DNA of 64,000 nt, taken from assembly GCF_009914755.1 (NCBI RefSeq), contig NC_060926.1; one strand, written 5' to 3'. Of the stretch, positions 40,811-57,161 are shown piece by piece (within the stretch, counting starts at the first letter, position 1; each line of letters begins with the position of its first letter). Both the position numbers and the translations under genes were made by a program. The notes beneath the pieces are model-generated. The model was given only the letters and a program-made list of their open reading frames with translations. It had not been told where the DNA came from and searched no databases. Source of the DNA: the human T2T-CHM13v2.0 reference genome, Homo sapiens.

Positions 40811-41474
40811 TTTGAAAAACATTTTAAAAATTTTTTAGCTTTATCTTCTATTTAATGAAATGGAGGTTGTATTTGCAACCATGTACCAATTCTTAAGATT
40901 TGCAAAAATAAATGAGCCCATCATTACTTTTTATTTTTTGAAATTTTTCACACAAAAATTGTATAGTATGTTTTCCCCTCAAGCTAGACTTTCACAGCAG
41001 AATTATACAAAACGGTTGTTTTCTTGCAAAATTACTTAAGGATCCATCCATTTTCCCAAAGGGCGTCTCTTAATCCTTTGAAATTCAAATCATTGTCTTT
41101 TGAAAAACCTGTCTAGTCATCATGATTGCCACTTTTCCCTTCAACTGTTAACGCATCCAACATCCTCATTTATCAACAGCTTTGCACGTGATTACAGCAG
41201 TTTTCAAATACTATCACTTTCCACAGACTTCAGAGGTGGTTGTGAAATTTGCAATCACGTGTTGAAATTTGTTAGAATTTTATTTGCAGAAATTGGATGT
41301 TTACACCTTTATGTAATCACCTATAAAGACAATGACTAAAAAACAGTAGCATTTGGTGGATTAGAAGACACATGTTCAGGTTATGAACACTTGCATTTTC
41401 CTGACAACACTTTTATTTTTCTGACAATGATCTCCAAAAGGAGATTGGATAGTTACTGTTAGGACAGTGAAAAA

Positions 41475-41476
<2 letters not shown>

Positions 41477-41504
<28 letters not shown>
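41477..41504. repeat. (GT)14 microsatellite
   Basis: Read directly from the sequence. Confidence 0.95.
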
Positions 41505-41505
<1 letters not shown>

Positions 41506-43041
41506 GTTGTGCATTAAATTTCTGGACCACAAGAGACTTACCTAGGAAACTTTTAGAGCTAAAAATGAATAAAACAAGGTAAGCATCCTCTCCATTTTCA
41601 GTCCCAAAATATCGACATAGACTGGGGAACTTAAACCAGATCTTATTGTAAATTATAGCCAGAAAATCACCTCTTGCGAGAATTCAACTGCACTGATGGA
41701 TATTTTAACTACATTAGAAAAAGGGAATAGAAATATAAGTTAGGAATATGAGACATTTCAGGAGAAAAAAATGAACTTTTAGAGGTGCTGAAGTGTGTAC
41801 ATTTGGTGGATTTATGCTTCGAACAACTAAATAAAAGTACAAATAACCTGATTAGAGAAAGTTGTAAATGTACAGAAAACAATAGTTGACCACTTTGAAA
41901 TGCTGACAGTATCAGTCAGAGCCACGACACACACATCCACACTACCTTTGTTCTTATATGGTGCCTAATTTTAATATTAATTAATGCAGTAGTATTAATT
42001 AAATGCTACGTTGTGCTAGACTATTTTAAACCATGCAATACAACCTAAAAGACAGATTTAAAGTTCTCCTGTATTGAAAATACAGTTGCACTATTTCTAG
42101 CATTATTTTATATCTTAGTAAATCTAATCTCTCCTAAACATTTTCAGACTTCTTAAGTTACTTCTGACTTCTAGAATTTACCAGAAAATTCATTAACGAG
42201 TTCATTAATTTTTCACCAATCTATAAACCTTATCACTGCCGTTTTTATTAGCTAACATATAATTAACTAGGTTTGACTTTTTAATTTTAGGGACAAGTCA
42301 TTTACCTATATTATCAACAGTTTTATAATAATTACTTTTTTACTCCATCAGATTTATTTCCCTCATCAAGCCCAGTAATTAGGATTCCATGCTCAATATC
42401 TCATGGTCATAGTGACATTTATATCTGTCTTTTTTACTCTCAGTCTTTACATACTGAGTAGCTTGTAATCTTAACTCTCTATTTTAAAGAAATCAATAGC
42501 AATAATGTGCACAAAATTGCAGCATTAAATACATTACAGATATATCTATTAACAGAAAATTTTGATCCTCATTTTCTGACATTTACACCACGTATGTCCA
42601 TTGACTATCAACTTTCTTCATGTAGTAAAATATAAAAAAAATTTAATGTTAGTAATTGTTGACAAATAGAAACAAGAATTAAACAATGCCATCTCTATTG
42701 AAACAAATCTGAATTCATGGAATAGTGCTAATATTAATTCTGCCAGCAGATTCATACACCCCTTGTGAGATATGGTTCCTCTAAAAAGTGAAAGGCCAAA
42801 AATACATAACAACAAACAGCATAGCCTCTTTTAAAAAGTTCTAGAATGTCCATAAATTGTTTTCCTATAAATACACAACACAAATTTTAAAAAGAAAGAA
42901 GAAAATGGAGTCACCAGAGCTTTGCTTAAGCTAAGAATTCAGTTAGCTAATTCATTCAATTAATTTAGGCTTGACATAATATATTACCCAAAATATTTTT
43001 CTTCCTGAGATTTAAAAATTCTACAAATAAGAGTTTAAAGA

Positions 43042-43360
<319 letters not shown>

Positions 43361-43443
43361 CTATGTCATTTTTATTCTTTCTTTTGTTTGCAGTATTATA
43401 ATCAGTATTTGCAGACAGCGTCTTTATACGAAAAGGCCAGTAT

Positions 43444-44150
<707 letters not shown>

Positions 44151-45058
44151 AACATCTTTAAATGAAGTGTACTTAAATTGGGCAAAACTCATGTGAAAGG
44201 CAAGAGAAATTGGTTTCTGAAGAGCTAGATGCTACATGAAAATTAGGGAGTAAAATTTGTGATCACTGAAAAATAAGTGGTAAACACTTGAAAATAGTTT
44301 GGGAAAGTGCTCTTTGAGATTTTACTGTAGCATAAATTTAATATGCTATGTGTTCACTTAGTGCCAATACAAACACTGTATTATGTCTTCCATTCAATAT
44401 TTTTTAGTCTTCCAATACCTATGGTATTGCTATATTTAAACATTACAAGATGTAGCAAAAAATAAAAGCTAAACATGTGATCTGGCATATAATATCAACA
44501 ATACAAAGCATATACAAAGAAGCATTTTTCTGCTAAAGATACTGCAGCCCATGGTTATAAGAAAAAAATTAAAAGTTAGCAAATGATCTTATCTAAGACA
44601 TTCTTTAAATAGCTCATACGAATGTGAACAAAAATGTATCTGCTTTGCAAAAGAGAACACTGTTGACATTTTCAAGGTTTCAAGTTTAGGTAAGCAGCCA
44701 TATATTTGAGAGTTTAACTAGAAATCCCAAAAGCTTTGAGGTCTGCCATATTAAATTGGAAATTCACATTAGTTTGTGTTTACATGGTCCTTGCTGTCAG
44801 AAAGATTTTCCAGCAACAGTACTTTTTTTTCCCTAAAGAGTCCTCTAAAATTTTTAAGCAGCCTTGAAAGTGGAAATTTTTAAAATTAAATAATGTATAC
44901 TAGAAAGTGAATGTGGAAACTAGAATTGTGAATGGCTCGTACCTGAATATATTTTGTCACTCAAAAAATATTAATTCAGTACCAACAAAATGCAAAGTAT
45001 AAGAATATGTAGGACACGTTTATAAGAGCTTACAATTCTTTGATAAAAGATTTATACA

Positions 45059-45197
45059 GGCCAGGCATGGTGGCGCACACCTGTTGTCCCAGCTACTCAG
45101 GAAGATAGCTTAGGCCCAGGTGTTCAAGTCCAGTCTAGGCAACATAGCAAGACCCTGTCTCTAAAGACAAAAGCAAAAGCAAACCAAAAAGCTGAAC
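45059..45197 (+). mobile_element. Free Alu monomer (FLAM-like)
   Basis: Single arm with A-rich tail; perfect TSD aaagatttataca. Confidence 0.85.
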
Positions 45198-45291
45198 AAA
45201 GATTTATACACACATACACATATTTATATGTATATCTATATAGAGAGAGAGATTATATAAATATATATAAACACAAGGCAAAATGAAGTGT

Positions 45292-45732
45292 ATTATGGTC
45301 TGAAGATTTCTGTCCCCCCAAAATTCATATGTTGAAGGCTTTATTCCCATTATGGCTCCATATGGAGAAAGGGTCATTAAGTATTTAAGATTAAATGAGA
45401 CCATGAGGATCAGGCCCTTATCCTATAGGATTAGTGCCCTTATAAGAAGAGATACCAGAAAGGGCACTCTCATGTGCTTGCTTGCTCTCTCTTTCTCCCG
45501 CCCTTTCTCTCTCCCTCCCTTTCTCTCTCCACATGTACTCAGAGGAAAGGCATGTGAGGACACAGTGAGAAGGTGGCCATCTGTAAGCTAGGAAAACAGC
45601 CCTCATCAGAAACCGAGCCCTGAAAAAACCGGATCTGGGACTTTGGGCCTCCAGAACTGTGAGAAAATAAATTTCTGTTGTTTAAGCCATGCAGTCTGTG
45701 ATACTTTGTTATTGCAGCCTGAACAGACTAAG
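45292..45732 (+). mobile_element. MLT1A-type MaLR solo LTR
   Basis: tatggtctgaa..tgtccccc aaaattcatatgttgaa start; cctccagaactgtgagaaaataaatttctgttgtttaagcca. Confidence 0.85.
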
Positions 45733-48700
45733 CGAAAATGAATGCCAAAGAATAGCAGAGACAATTTGTGCTGAGTGACAACATGAGGGAAGAATGAGAC
45801 CATGATGGGCATGAGGAGGGGAAGATCGTCTAAGGAAGAGGGAACCTATCTGTGCATTGATTTGGATACGGAACACAGGTTAGTAGGAAGGTACATGCAA
45901 TTTATAAAGGTGGAAATTGAATATGTTTGGGAGACGACAAGTACCCATCAGTCCAGGGTAGATGTTGAGAGTTCAAGAACAGAAAGAAAGAAATGCAGCA
46001 GATGAAATAAGCAAGCATTTTCTTCTCTATCTCATCAGACTCAATTAAAAGAATTTAGTCAGCTCAGAAGATGTTCCCTGGGTAACAAAGAAAATATCCA
46101 TTTAAAAAGTGTTGTGCTCAAGGGATATCACTGTGTCTTAGGGCTGGAAAGAGTCCAGTGAATCTCAGACCAATTAAGTGGGTCCATTGTCCCCAGAGGT
46201 CCAGGGCGAGGCAGATCCTACAGAGCAGAAATCTCTCCTCGCCATCGGATAGGCTACATTGTCCCCAAATCGGCCAACAACACAGTTTTCTCTTGGAGAG
46301 GTGTGCTTATTTAGCTAAACCACCAGCCAAGGACACTAGCAGGGCCACAGGAAGCATGCACAGGAATTGGAGAAGCCACCTCCACCCTTCCTCATGAAAT
46401 AGAGCCCATTATATGTCCAGAGCCTGTGAGGCAGCAGAGGTGACCATCAACTTTAATCCAGCTGAAGTGGAAGGTCTTCCTTAAAACTGAAGATCCTGCT
46501 GCTTCCCACTGCTGTGGGAAGACTGGAGAGCTCCCAAGAGACAGATTTATGCAGTTACTTGAAGAGCCAGTGTAAAAGGAGAGTCCAAGGAAGGTAGAAC
46601 TCTCACCTCTATTGTCATTTCCTTCTGAGAATGCCCTAACTTCGCATATAGAATCTTCATCTAGAGTATTAGTCAAATCAAGGTAAAAGATGGTCAGAGA
46701 AAGGGAGAAAGAGAAAGGAGCATTCCACTGCATTTATTTTGGGGATCCCTCAGAGACAAAGGGCGTTGGTTCCTCTGGTCATTACTGGCTATAACCCTAA
46801 AGACCATGGAAGAAAACTTTGCAAGGAGGAGACATTAAGAGTAATTTTTAAATTGCAACCAAGATGTATTTTAAAGGCTATCCTTTGAGGGAAGCAGGGA
46901 ATAGAGGGACGTCGACATCTCTGTTACAGTAAGTTAAACAGGCAGTATGGAAGCCAGCATTATAGCTTCTAAGCAATTAATAAGTAAACACTGCAGGAAA
47001 CTAAAATGCTTCATTAGTAAATGCTCACAATTCCACAAAGGCATGATCTTTGTTCATTTTTCCAGTCGAAGCAACATGTCTTTTTCTTAAATTCCCCTTT
47101 GTATTGGTTCTTCTAAATACAGTAGCTAACTAGAAGAGTGTCAGCTCTAATTGGATGATAGTCTGGAGCCTTCAAATCTCCCAGAGGTTAAGTAATGTAG
47201 CATAGAGCTGGTGTTATTCAAAGGGAATGTTTTAATACACTGCGAAAAACATAGATGCAGCGTCTGTGTGAACTCTAGCCAACATGCTGCCCTGAAGAAG
47301 CACTGTATGGTCTCTAACACCTTAAGTTCAGCAGTTTTAATTCCCACCTCTGTGTGATGTTTGACAGTTCATTCATTTAGAGAGCTTTGGGAGGCACAGC
47401 TGACTGAGTTCAGATAGTTATTTTAAGGATATGTCGCTTCTGTTTATTTTTTAATGCTAAGGAGAACACACTGAGTGAGTCGGAGGAAGACCTTTTGCAC
47501 ACAAAAGAAACTGTTCTTTCAAAAAGGAGAATGTTTTGACATTTAAAGACTCAGCATTTCTTTGGCGATAGACTTCCTTAAGAATAAAACATTGATTGGT
47601 AGCAAAGTTAAACAGTGTCTAACCACATCGCACCCTCTCTGAAGGTTGGGTTTTAAAACACTCAAAGCAGTAAAGCAGGGATCTAGGTGAAAAAGCTTAT
47701 TTAAGGTTTCTATATTATTTGTTGCAGTGCCTTGACTATGCCTGTTTGTCTAGGCTGCAAAAGGTATTTATGAACTTCAGACTTGATTTGAATTAGAAAC
47801 ATTACCAAAAATTGAAGTTAATAGGGTCAACAGAGACAGACTATGTTCTTTACACCAAAAGAAAATATTGAGGAAATATATTCTTTGCAACACTACCTAC
47901 AGTGTTTACCCAAGCAATCATAGTGTGGTTGTTGCTCAGTTGTTGGGGATTATGGATGTGTAAAGACTGATCGAAGAGGGAAACAGAAAGATGAGGAGAT
48001 TTGCGAGACTGTGAATGGAGGGTTAGAAACCTGGAAGAACTGAGAAGGTCAAGACAGGATGTATAGCAAACGAGGTCCAAGAGCAAATTGTGGTACAGTC
48101 AATAGCTACATTCCAAAGAAAATATGTCTTATCAAAGTGTTCATAGAATTTTTTTAAAGCATTTAAATAGCATTTAAAAACTGATGAACTTACTAATGTA
48201 AAAAGAACATTAACAAGAATAAATTAGCAATGCCTAAAATATTATTTATTGTGCTCCAAACTAACATTTTATATTTCAATGGAAAATGACTCATTCTGTC
48301 ACATTTAAATAGCAAAATGCAACATAAAAAATCTATTTAGAAATTATGTTGATCTTCCCAGCATATGAAAATGAACCAGGCTTCATTGAAATAGCAAAAT
48401 GTCAACTGCTGTTCACCAAATCAATCCTTAAAGCCTATACAAATCATTGCTAAGATATAAAAGGCTATTTTTTAAAATAAGTGGCTCACCATAATTTTTC
48501 TTCTTCTCTCATTTTTATACCCCATTTTCTCCATATCACTATTTTCCTTGAGCTTTTAACCTAAAATCCACATTACATTCATCACATCCAAATAAGAAGT
48601 ACATTCTGCCAAATCTTTTTTCATAATCTGTATTTCTTTGTTCTCTCTTCCAGTTTCTCTTCCCACAACCTGGCCCAACTCTTTTGAATTCCCAGAATTT

Positions 48701-49744
48701 CCTACTGTTCCATTGGTTCTCCCTTGGAGGTTGAGAAAGTTATCAAGGGAAGATGTGGGAGAAATGCTTCTGATTCTCTGGGGAGCAGAAAGTGTGTGTA
48801 TGTCCTGCACCCTCCCCCTCCAACTCCATTTCTTGAGAATCACAGCTCGTATGTTTCACACATGCAGCACTATTAATCATCTTTCTCAAGTGTCATTTTG
48901 ATTATCATGCCTCTTTTTAGAAGCTTGCAGTCATTTTCAGTTGTCATCTTAGTAAAAATGAAATGGATAATCTTTTAGATTTTTAAAGAGTAATTTCTTA
49001 AATGCACAACAATGCTTGATTATTTCAGGAATTTTAAGCAAGCCTTATTAGCACTTCTTTCATCTGAAGATATTTTTATTTTCCCTGGCAAATTAGATGC
49101 AATATCACTGAAGGCTTAGGCATTTAACTCAATTAAAACATAAATGTTAAATGCTTCCTTTATTTTAACCCAAGATATTATAATGGAAATGTTAACTTTC
49201 CTTGATATGGAAGACATTCACAGAAAACTGGAGATTTCCTTTGAATACATAATTATGCTTTTAAAATACTCAAATTAGTGCTGCATTGGATTATGAGCTG
49301 CCATTTCTAATAGTCACTTTGTTCTGACATTTCTACATTAGCAAATTATATTTCTGGGAAAAAATAGTGTCTAGGGACAGCATCTTGTTACTGCCCATGT
49401 AAAGTATTAGGAAAAAGTTCTGCCTAAGATTTTGTTTGTTTGATTATCAATGCAATATGTTCAATGACCCTCAGAAGAAAAAAATACTTTTTAAAATTCA
49501 CCAGTCATTTTAAAATACATTTTGCATTGTAACTGTAAATTTTTGCTAATAATTTTTTAAATTTTGAAGCCAACATTCATCAAATATGAAAAAGTGTTAT
49601 ACTTGTATGATGAATTTGCTTCCTTGGTAAGAGAATAGAAAAAAAAATGAGACCAAGTTCTTGAAAATGTCCTTGGACTAAATGTCTTTATCAAGGTGAT
49701 CTTTCTATAATGCAAATTACACTTGTTTTTATTTGTGACTTGCT

Positions 49745-50630
<886 letters not shown>

Positions 50631-51996
50631 CATGTGGGTAATTTCAGAAGAAGTAGCTCCCCTACAATATATGTTCCATAAAATATTTATACTTAGGCTA
50701 CCCTTGACAAATATTTTCTCTTCACAATACAGGAAATTTTTATGAACTTGATTTTGGGTATGATGATGAGAGCAACTTGTAGGCTGAATATTACTCAAAA
50801 GAGCCTCTCTCCTGATGAAAAGCACATTTATCAAATTATTAGTGTTTCACTCTGTCAAGAGCCTAGAGTTGACAGTGAGGCTGCTTTATCATCACTCTTT
50901 GTGGAATATACAATTAACTATTACACTTTGATTTGTTCAAAAGAAATTCTTATGTGTCTACAATAAGTAACAAACCTTGGCTGGCCTAACCCTGCACCTT
51001 TAAATTGGTCAATTGACTCCTTTGACACAATACTCAACAATTTTGAACATCTTTGCTTTTTTACCCATTTTAACTATGAACATTGCCCCATATGGAACAT
51101 ATGCCCCATAAGGATTATGACCTTAGCCTACACTCCAGACCTCTTGCTTCGGCTCTTGACTAGAGTTTCACACTCATTGCCTTCAAACCTGATGATAGAA
51201 AGGACAAGCTTTTGGATCATTTTCTTGAATATGATTCTCACTTTTCTTCGGGCTGCATCCATCCCTTCCCCTACTCCAGTCAACAGGCTCTGCCACTGCT
51301 AGTACTGCCAGCCCAGCCTCTGCAACCCTTCCTGAATGCCAGCCTATGAAGTTTCCATTTCTGGGACTAGCAAAGCTGAAAGAATCACACCTCCAACCAT
51401 GGAGAATGCAAATTTGAATTATGCAGATGCTCACCTCTAATTAGTTTAACATCTAGTTGAAGGTGTAATATATGTAGACAACTAAATATAATGCAGAGCA
51501 GAATAAATGAGTGTTATAACAGAAATACAAACTCCTTAGCAGTATTAGATGAGTTCAGATAAACACCCGACCAAACATGCTTAATTTCCCTAAAAAAAAG
51601 TCATCTGATGTTGACAAATTATATATCATAAACATAGCTCAGTCAACATGTACCTAATTCAGTTGGCTATTCCAAAGGAAGACAGAACTACCTGTTCCTG
51701 AGTACCGTAGAAAAATGGTGTCCTAGGGTGAGATATGTCTTAACAATAAATGACACCTCCTACTATCCCCAACCTAGATTTCACAATGTCCAAGGTGGCA
51801 TGGTGCAGTGTCACTTAATTTCTAGACAAGAAGACAGGCCCCAAACATTTCAACATACTAAAGTTTGTCACTGAAAGCTCTGTAGGAACAGAAAAAAAAA
51901 GCGTTGTGAGTGCCCAGAGATGTGCTGAATACCTATGGGAACAGTTCAGATCTCATTTATACTTCAATATACAAACAGTTCCAGCAGTATGTACAC

Positions 51997-52062
51997 TCAA
52001 GTATAAATGATCTCATTTAATCATGTAAGTATTCAGGTATGAATGAGATCATTTATACTTGA
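51997..52062. repeat. 21-bp perfect inverted repeat with 24-nt spacer
   Basis: tcaagtataaatgatctcatt (51997-52017) and aatgagatcatttatacttga (52042-52062). Confidence 0.95.
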
Positions 52063-53091
52063 ATATTTGGTTATACACAGTTGGTTACACACAGTTCCAG
52101 CAGGATTCAGTGGTTACTGCCTGTGCTGTTGTGTCATACAAAGTTTCCACTTTGTTTATTTTGGATATTATTTAAATTTCCTCTTTGTGTTTCCTACAAA
52201 AATTTTAAACATTGCCTTTGATCTTTTCTTTTTATTCAGCTAGCTTGACTCCCTGAAATTCCAAGATATGTTTTGGCACAAGACAAAAAGAGCTGAATAG
52301 ATTAAATATTTTTCTAATTCTTTTTTAAACTTTGAAGAAAGACAAGTTAAAAGTTATTGTCGATACCATGTGACTTAATCAAAGGTGCTGAATGTGTTTT
52401 TTATATGCACTTCAGAAGAATATTTGCTACTTATATCCTTTGAATAATACAGTTGAATCTCTTAGCTCATTTTTCCTTTAACAAAATTGTTAATTTAAGA
52501 TCTTTTTAATGCTTTATTTTTAATTACTGGAGAAAGCCTTGAGCATTCCAAGAACGTAAGATTTAAAAATAATAATAAAGTAAGCTTCTGTTTGCTGAAG
52601 CTAACCCTTTGAATGTGGATGACTAATGTTTGGGGAATGAATAATCATTGTTCATAATTGTGGGTGGTAGTTTCTACACAGCCTGTGGACTAGTTTGTTA
52701 ATCAAAGTACAATTTCATTTTTGTCTTATATAACCCAATATAAATTATTTGGGATATTGGAAACGTAGGTAAATTTTTAATAAACCAAATATTATTACAG
52801 GAAAGAATTCTGAATAATAAAGCCAGTGTTTTGTTGATCTTACTGCTGCCAGTTAACAGTTACTGACTCTGCCTTCTGACTCTGTAATGGTCATTCTCTT
52901 CTGACAAAGTATGAGTGTGGACTCTGGTCTGAGAATGGAAAGGAGAGATGTCCTCTTCCTGCTATCCTTCTCCCACAGAAGTCTCTGCAGACATAATAGA
53001 TGCCTTCTATTGGTAGATTGGGCTCCAGCCTGAGCTGGACTGGGCTTCTGAGCCCTGGTTTCATGTTACTGTGAGAGGAATTCATGGAGCC

Positions 53092-53436
53092 TGATATGGT
53101 TTGGCTGTGTCTCCACCCAAATCACATCTTTAATTGTAGCTCCCATAATCCCCATGTATCATGGGAGGGATCGAGTGGGAGGTAATTGAATCATGGGGGC
53201 AGGTTTTTCCTGTGTTGTTCTTGTGAAAGTGAGTAAGTCTCATGACATTTGATGGTTTTATAAAAGGCAGTTCCCCTGCACACGTTCTCTTGCCTGCTGC
53301 CTTGTAAGACGTGCCTTTGCTCCTCCTTCACCTTCTACCATGATTGTGAGGCTTCTCCAGCCATGTGGAACTGTGATTCATAAATTACCCAGTCTCAGGT
53401 ATGTCTTTATTAGCAGTGTGAAAATAGACTAATATA
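53092..53436 (+). mobile_element. THE1 (C/D-like) MaLR solo LTR
   Basis: tgatatggtttggctgtgtctccacccaaat...aaatagactaatata; 5-bp TSD GAGCC. Confidence 0.93.
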
Positions 53437-55293
53437 GAGCCTCAGTAGATCCATCCTGATATGGAGGCCACTCATCTCTCAGACACTGGTATCAAAACTT
53501 TAAACTTCTGTTCAATATCACTTCCTAGCATTGCAGTTGCCTTCTGGGACTTCAGCCAGCATGGTGGGCTCTAACGCCCCACCCTCTTATACCCTCTTTT
53601 CTCTCTCCTGGGAATTTGATCTTATTTCCCCTATGCCCAACGAAAGCTTAAGGTTGTACTGTACATGTGCCAACTTCCAGGCTCACATCAGCCTCCTGAC
53701 TCCATCTCTGACCAATGAGTTCTCCCACTACTGTGCCAACCACCAGATGACTTCTCTGCGGATTCAGCTCTGGATTCCATCAAGGAACCAATGATGCTCC
53801 TTTGATTACCATAAAATGGCACATAGTAGGACTCACTCAGAGGCCAGCCCCCACTTCTCCTCAGTCCTTATTTCTTCACTTTCTCTCCTAAGGGGGTCCC
53901 AGCATATTTGTCAGTTCAAACTAATTTGGCAACCACCCACCCATGGCTGAATCTATGCACGACTGTCCTAAAAAAAAGTGTGGCAACTGCATTCCAGGGC
54001 TCAAAGACACTGCAGGCCCCACCTCCCACCTCCATCAAAATGCTTTTGCTTTTAGCTGTTATTCCCTGTTTCTGCCTACTGTTTTGTAACTGGATTTTGT
54101 CTCTCTGCTTAGTCCCTTTGTATTGTCTCTTCTGCCAGTCTATCTGATTTTCAATTTTAATTCTACATTTGGACTTTCTCACTAATTGCCCTCACTTCCA
54201 TCCACCTACTGCAGCCTGAGGACAGGTCGAGGACAAGCCTGACATTCCATCGAGACCCGTAGGAACTGGCCAAAGCCCAGCACCCAAGAGGAAACATGGC
54301 TGGAAGAAGAGATTGGTAACTACCCAAATCAAAATCTTTTGTTTCATTTGAAATTGCCCCATTCATTCAAAACACTAATCCTTCTCCACTACCGATATAC
54401 CTCTTAACCCCATCAAGGGAACCCATTTAAATTGCCAGAAGATCAACCCAAAACATATCATCATATTAAAGGAAAAATGAAAGGACATTGGTGGAAGTGA
54501 TAATAGTATCTCCATATTTCCCTACTGGTTTCAAAACTTTTTTTTACGTTACTAATTCACATCCACAGGATTGGAAGTATTCATTAGAATTAAGTTTAGC
54601 TATGAGTGCCAGACACTCCAAGATAAAGTTTATTTCTCTTTCGTATATAAGTGACAGGTCCAGGGATGGCCAGGGACTCAGATGCCTGTATTCTTGCTCT
54701 ACCATTCCCAGCATAAGATGCTCCTGCAGCGATTATCACATCTATTCTGGACCTAGCTTCAAGGGATGCCAGGAAATGCAGTCTTTAAGTGCCTATGTGT
54801 TTAGCTAAAAATTAAGAAAGAAAAAGATACAGATAGATATTACAGAACAATTTGTTTCTGCTACATTGGGCATGTGATTTCTAGTAATGTGTCCATTGAA
54901 ATACAATTATGAAAAAGGTGTTGGTCCCTGTTCCTCCACTGTCATCATAACATTATGCAAATACATTTCTATGTATGTACCTATTTCTATGTAATGTGCA
55001 TTTCTGTAGGTATCTAATGACATCCGGAAAAAATCTAATGAATTTTGAAGTACTTGAATCTTTTCTAAAATTTCTGATATCTGAGCCCATTTTATGATTA
55101 TAAAATGCATTTTATCTATTTTTGCTTCATTGTTTAATGTAAATGAAATAATACAGAAATAAAATATTTGGTTCACTTTATGAGAGGTACAGCATGAACA
55201 ACCAATTAAAAGTAGTTTCCAGGGATCCTTTGCCAAGAAACAAACAAGTAAAAATGATCTCTAAGTAAAGAAAGGGAATACTTGAAAGTCTTC

Positions 55294-55602
55294 TTTTTTT
55301 TTTTTTTTTTTTTTGAGATGGAATCTCACTGTGTCACCCAGGCTGGAGTGCAATGGTATGATCTCAGCTCACTGGTTCACTGCAACCTCTACCTCCCAGT
55401 TTAAATGATTCTCATGCCTCAGCCTCCCAAGTAGCTGGGATTAGAGGTGCCTGCCACCACACCTGACTCATTTCTGTATTTTGGTAGCGATGGGGTTTCA
55501 CCATGTCGACCAGGCTGGTCTCGAACTCCTGACTTGAAGTGATCCACCCACCTCAGCCTCCCAAAGTGCTGGAATTACAGGAGTGAGCCAGCATGCCCAG
55601 CT
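55294..55602 (-). mobile_element. AluSx/Sz-like, full length
   Basis: Dimeric Alu; TSD gaaagtcttctt. Confidence 0.93.
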
Positions 55603-55689
55603 GAAAGTCTTCTTCATTAATACCTTTTATCTCGATATCATTTCATGAGTTTAAAATTTCATCATTAGCAGTTTATTAATTCTGAAAAA

Positions 55690-55845
55690 AGAAGCCTCTG
55701 AGGTACATATGGAAGAAATTATTAAGATATCTTACAGTTGATGAAACTAAGACTGAGAGGTAAATTATTTACATATATTACATAACTAATTGAGGATAAC
55801 TGTGGGTCTAGAACCGAGGTTCTTTGACTTTTGAATCCAGTGGTA
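55690..55845 (-). mobile_element. MIR SINE
   Basis: ttacagttgatgaaactaagactgagaggtaaatta core. Confidence 0.65.
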
Positions 55846-56793
55846 TTAATTTCCTTGTTCGCAATTCCTAGGTGTAACTGCATTTATTCATGCATGTATG
55901 CATGCATGCATTCAACAATGACTTTTTAAATTTTGTTTTGATAAAAGTCCCTGGAATACACTCCTTTTAGGGGGTGTAAAAACTACCAAAGGAAATACCC
56001 TTTTAAAATAAAACATTCTTCAGTCTCGGGCTCTCCCCCAAAGTGGTTGCTTACTAGATACTGATATAGATATCTATATTGACATAAAGTAGGCTGGTGC
56101 AACTTGAATATATACAGCAGGGTACATTCAGATGCCAGTGCTATATTTGAAATCCAAATGTGTGTTTAGTTTTAAACCTGGTATTTTTAAAAACTAATGG
56201 TTTGGTTTTCTTTTACTGGGCAGCCTAGCTTCTGGAAGACCTTCACTGTGATCATAGAGTACAGAGTATTAGCTGTGGTTACCCAGGTGACCTGGCACCT
56301 AAGTGCCCAACCACTCAACAATAAAAGTCAGGATTACACCCAGCTAGGCCCATGAAGCAACCACAGACTCAACTGGTTATTTTTTTTCCTAACCAAACAA
56401 GATTAGACCAGTATTTTTGTGGACCTGTATATTCTCAGAACATTCTTATCTTCGTCTCTCCTTCATCAGCAGAGGCCAAACAATGTCAACTGTATCCAGC
56501 AGTTGACACTGAAGTGTCAACTGTAACCAGCAACTAACTCCCTTTCGGGCCAGGGTTGATTATTACCTTTATTCTACAGCTCTGTGTCTTAATGTAAAGC
56601 ATTCAGTGGGAAGAAAAAGAATGTCCTTCTAAGCTGCACATCTAGAACCAGAACATATCCCCATTCAGAATAAACTAGTATTCAATTTCTGCCTAGCAAA
56701 GATAAAATGGAGAGCAATATATATGTATGTTTCTTACCCTCCTGAAGTTGACAATCTAAGAATCTAAAACTAAAGACAGACAAACAAGTAACT

Positions 56794-56829
56794 AGGAAGG
56801 AAGGAAGGGAGGGAGGGAGGGAGGGAGGA
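56794..56829. repeat. (GGAA)n(GGGA)n purine-rich microsatellite
   Basis: Read directly from the sequence. Confidence 0.9.
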
Positions 56830-57161
56830 CCAGGCTCTCAGAGGGTTGGCTAGATGCACACAAGTTGCCCACAGCCAACTCAGCTGAAGATAATAATTTA
56901 TTCTAATTTGCTAAGCTGGACTTTGAAAATGCAATGTGAGTGAGTAACCATCCTCTAACATGTCTATCATTATGAAAGGAAAACTAACAGTTATGCCCGA
57001 GAAATCTATAATATCAACCACTGGTATCTGCATTCAATGCTGACCTACGTACACTATTGGCCCTACTTACACTCTTAAAAGAGAAAATTCAAAACAGATG
57101 TGCCTTGATAATTTATTCCTTTTCAATGAAATAGATTTCAGGAACTGAATTTCAACTACAG

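Noticed and set aside
46392-46733. 113-aa ORF, and similar ORFs at 13348-13728 and 54488-55236
   Set aside because: No recognisable domain or codon signal; lengths are compatible with chance.
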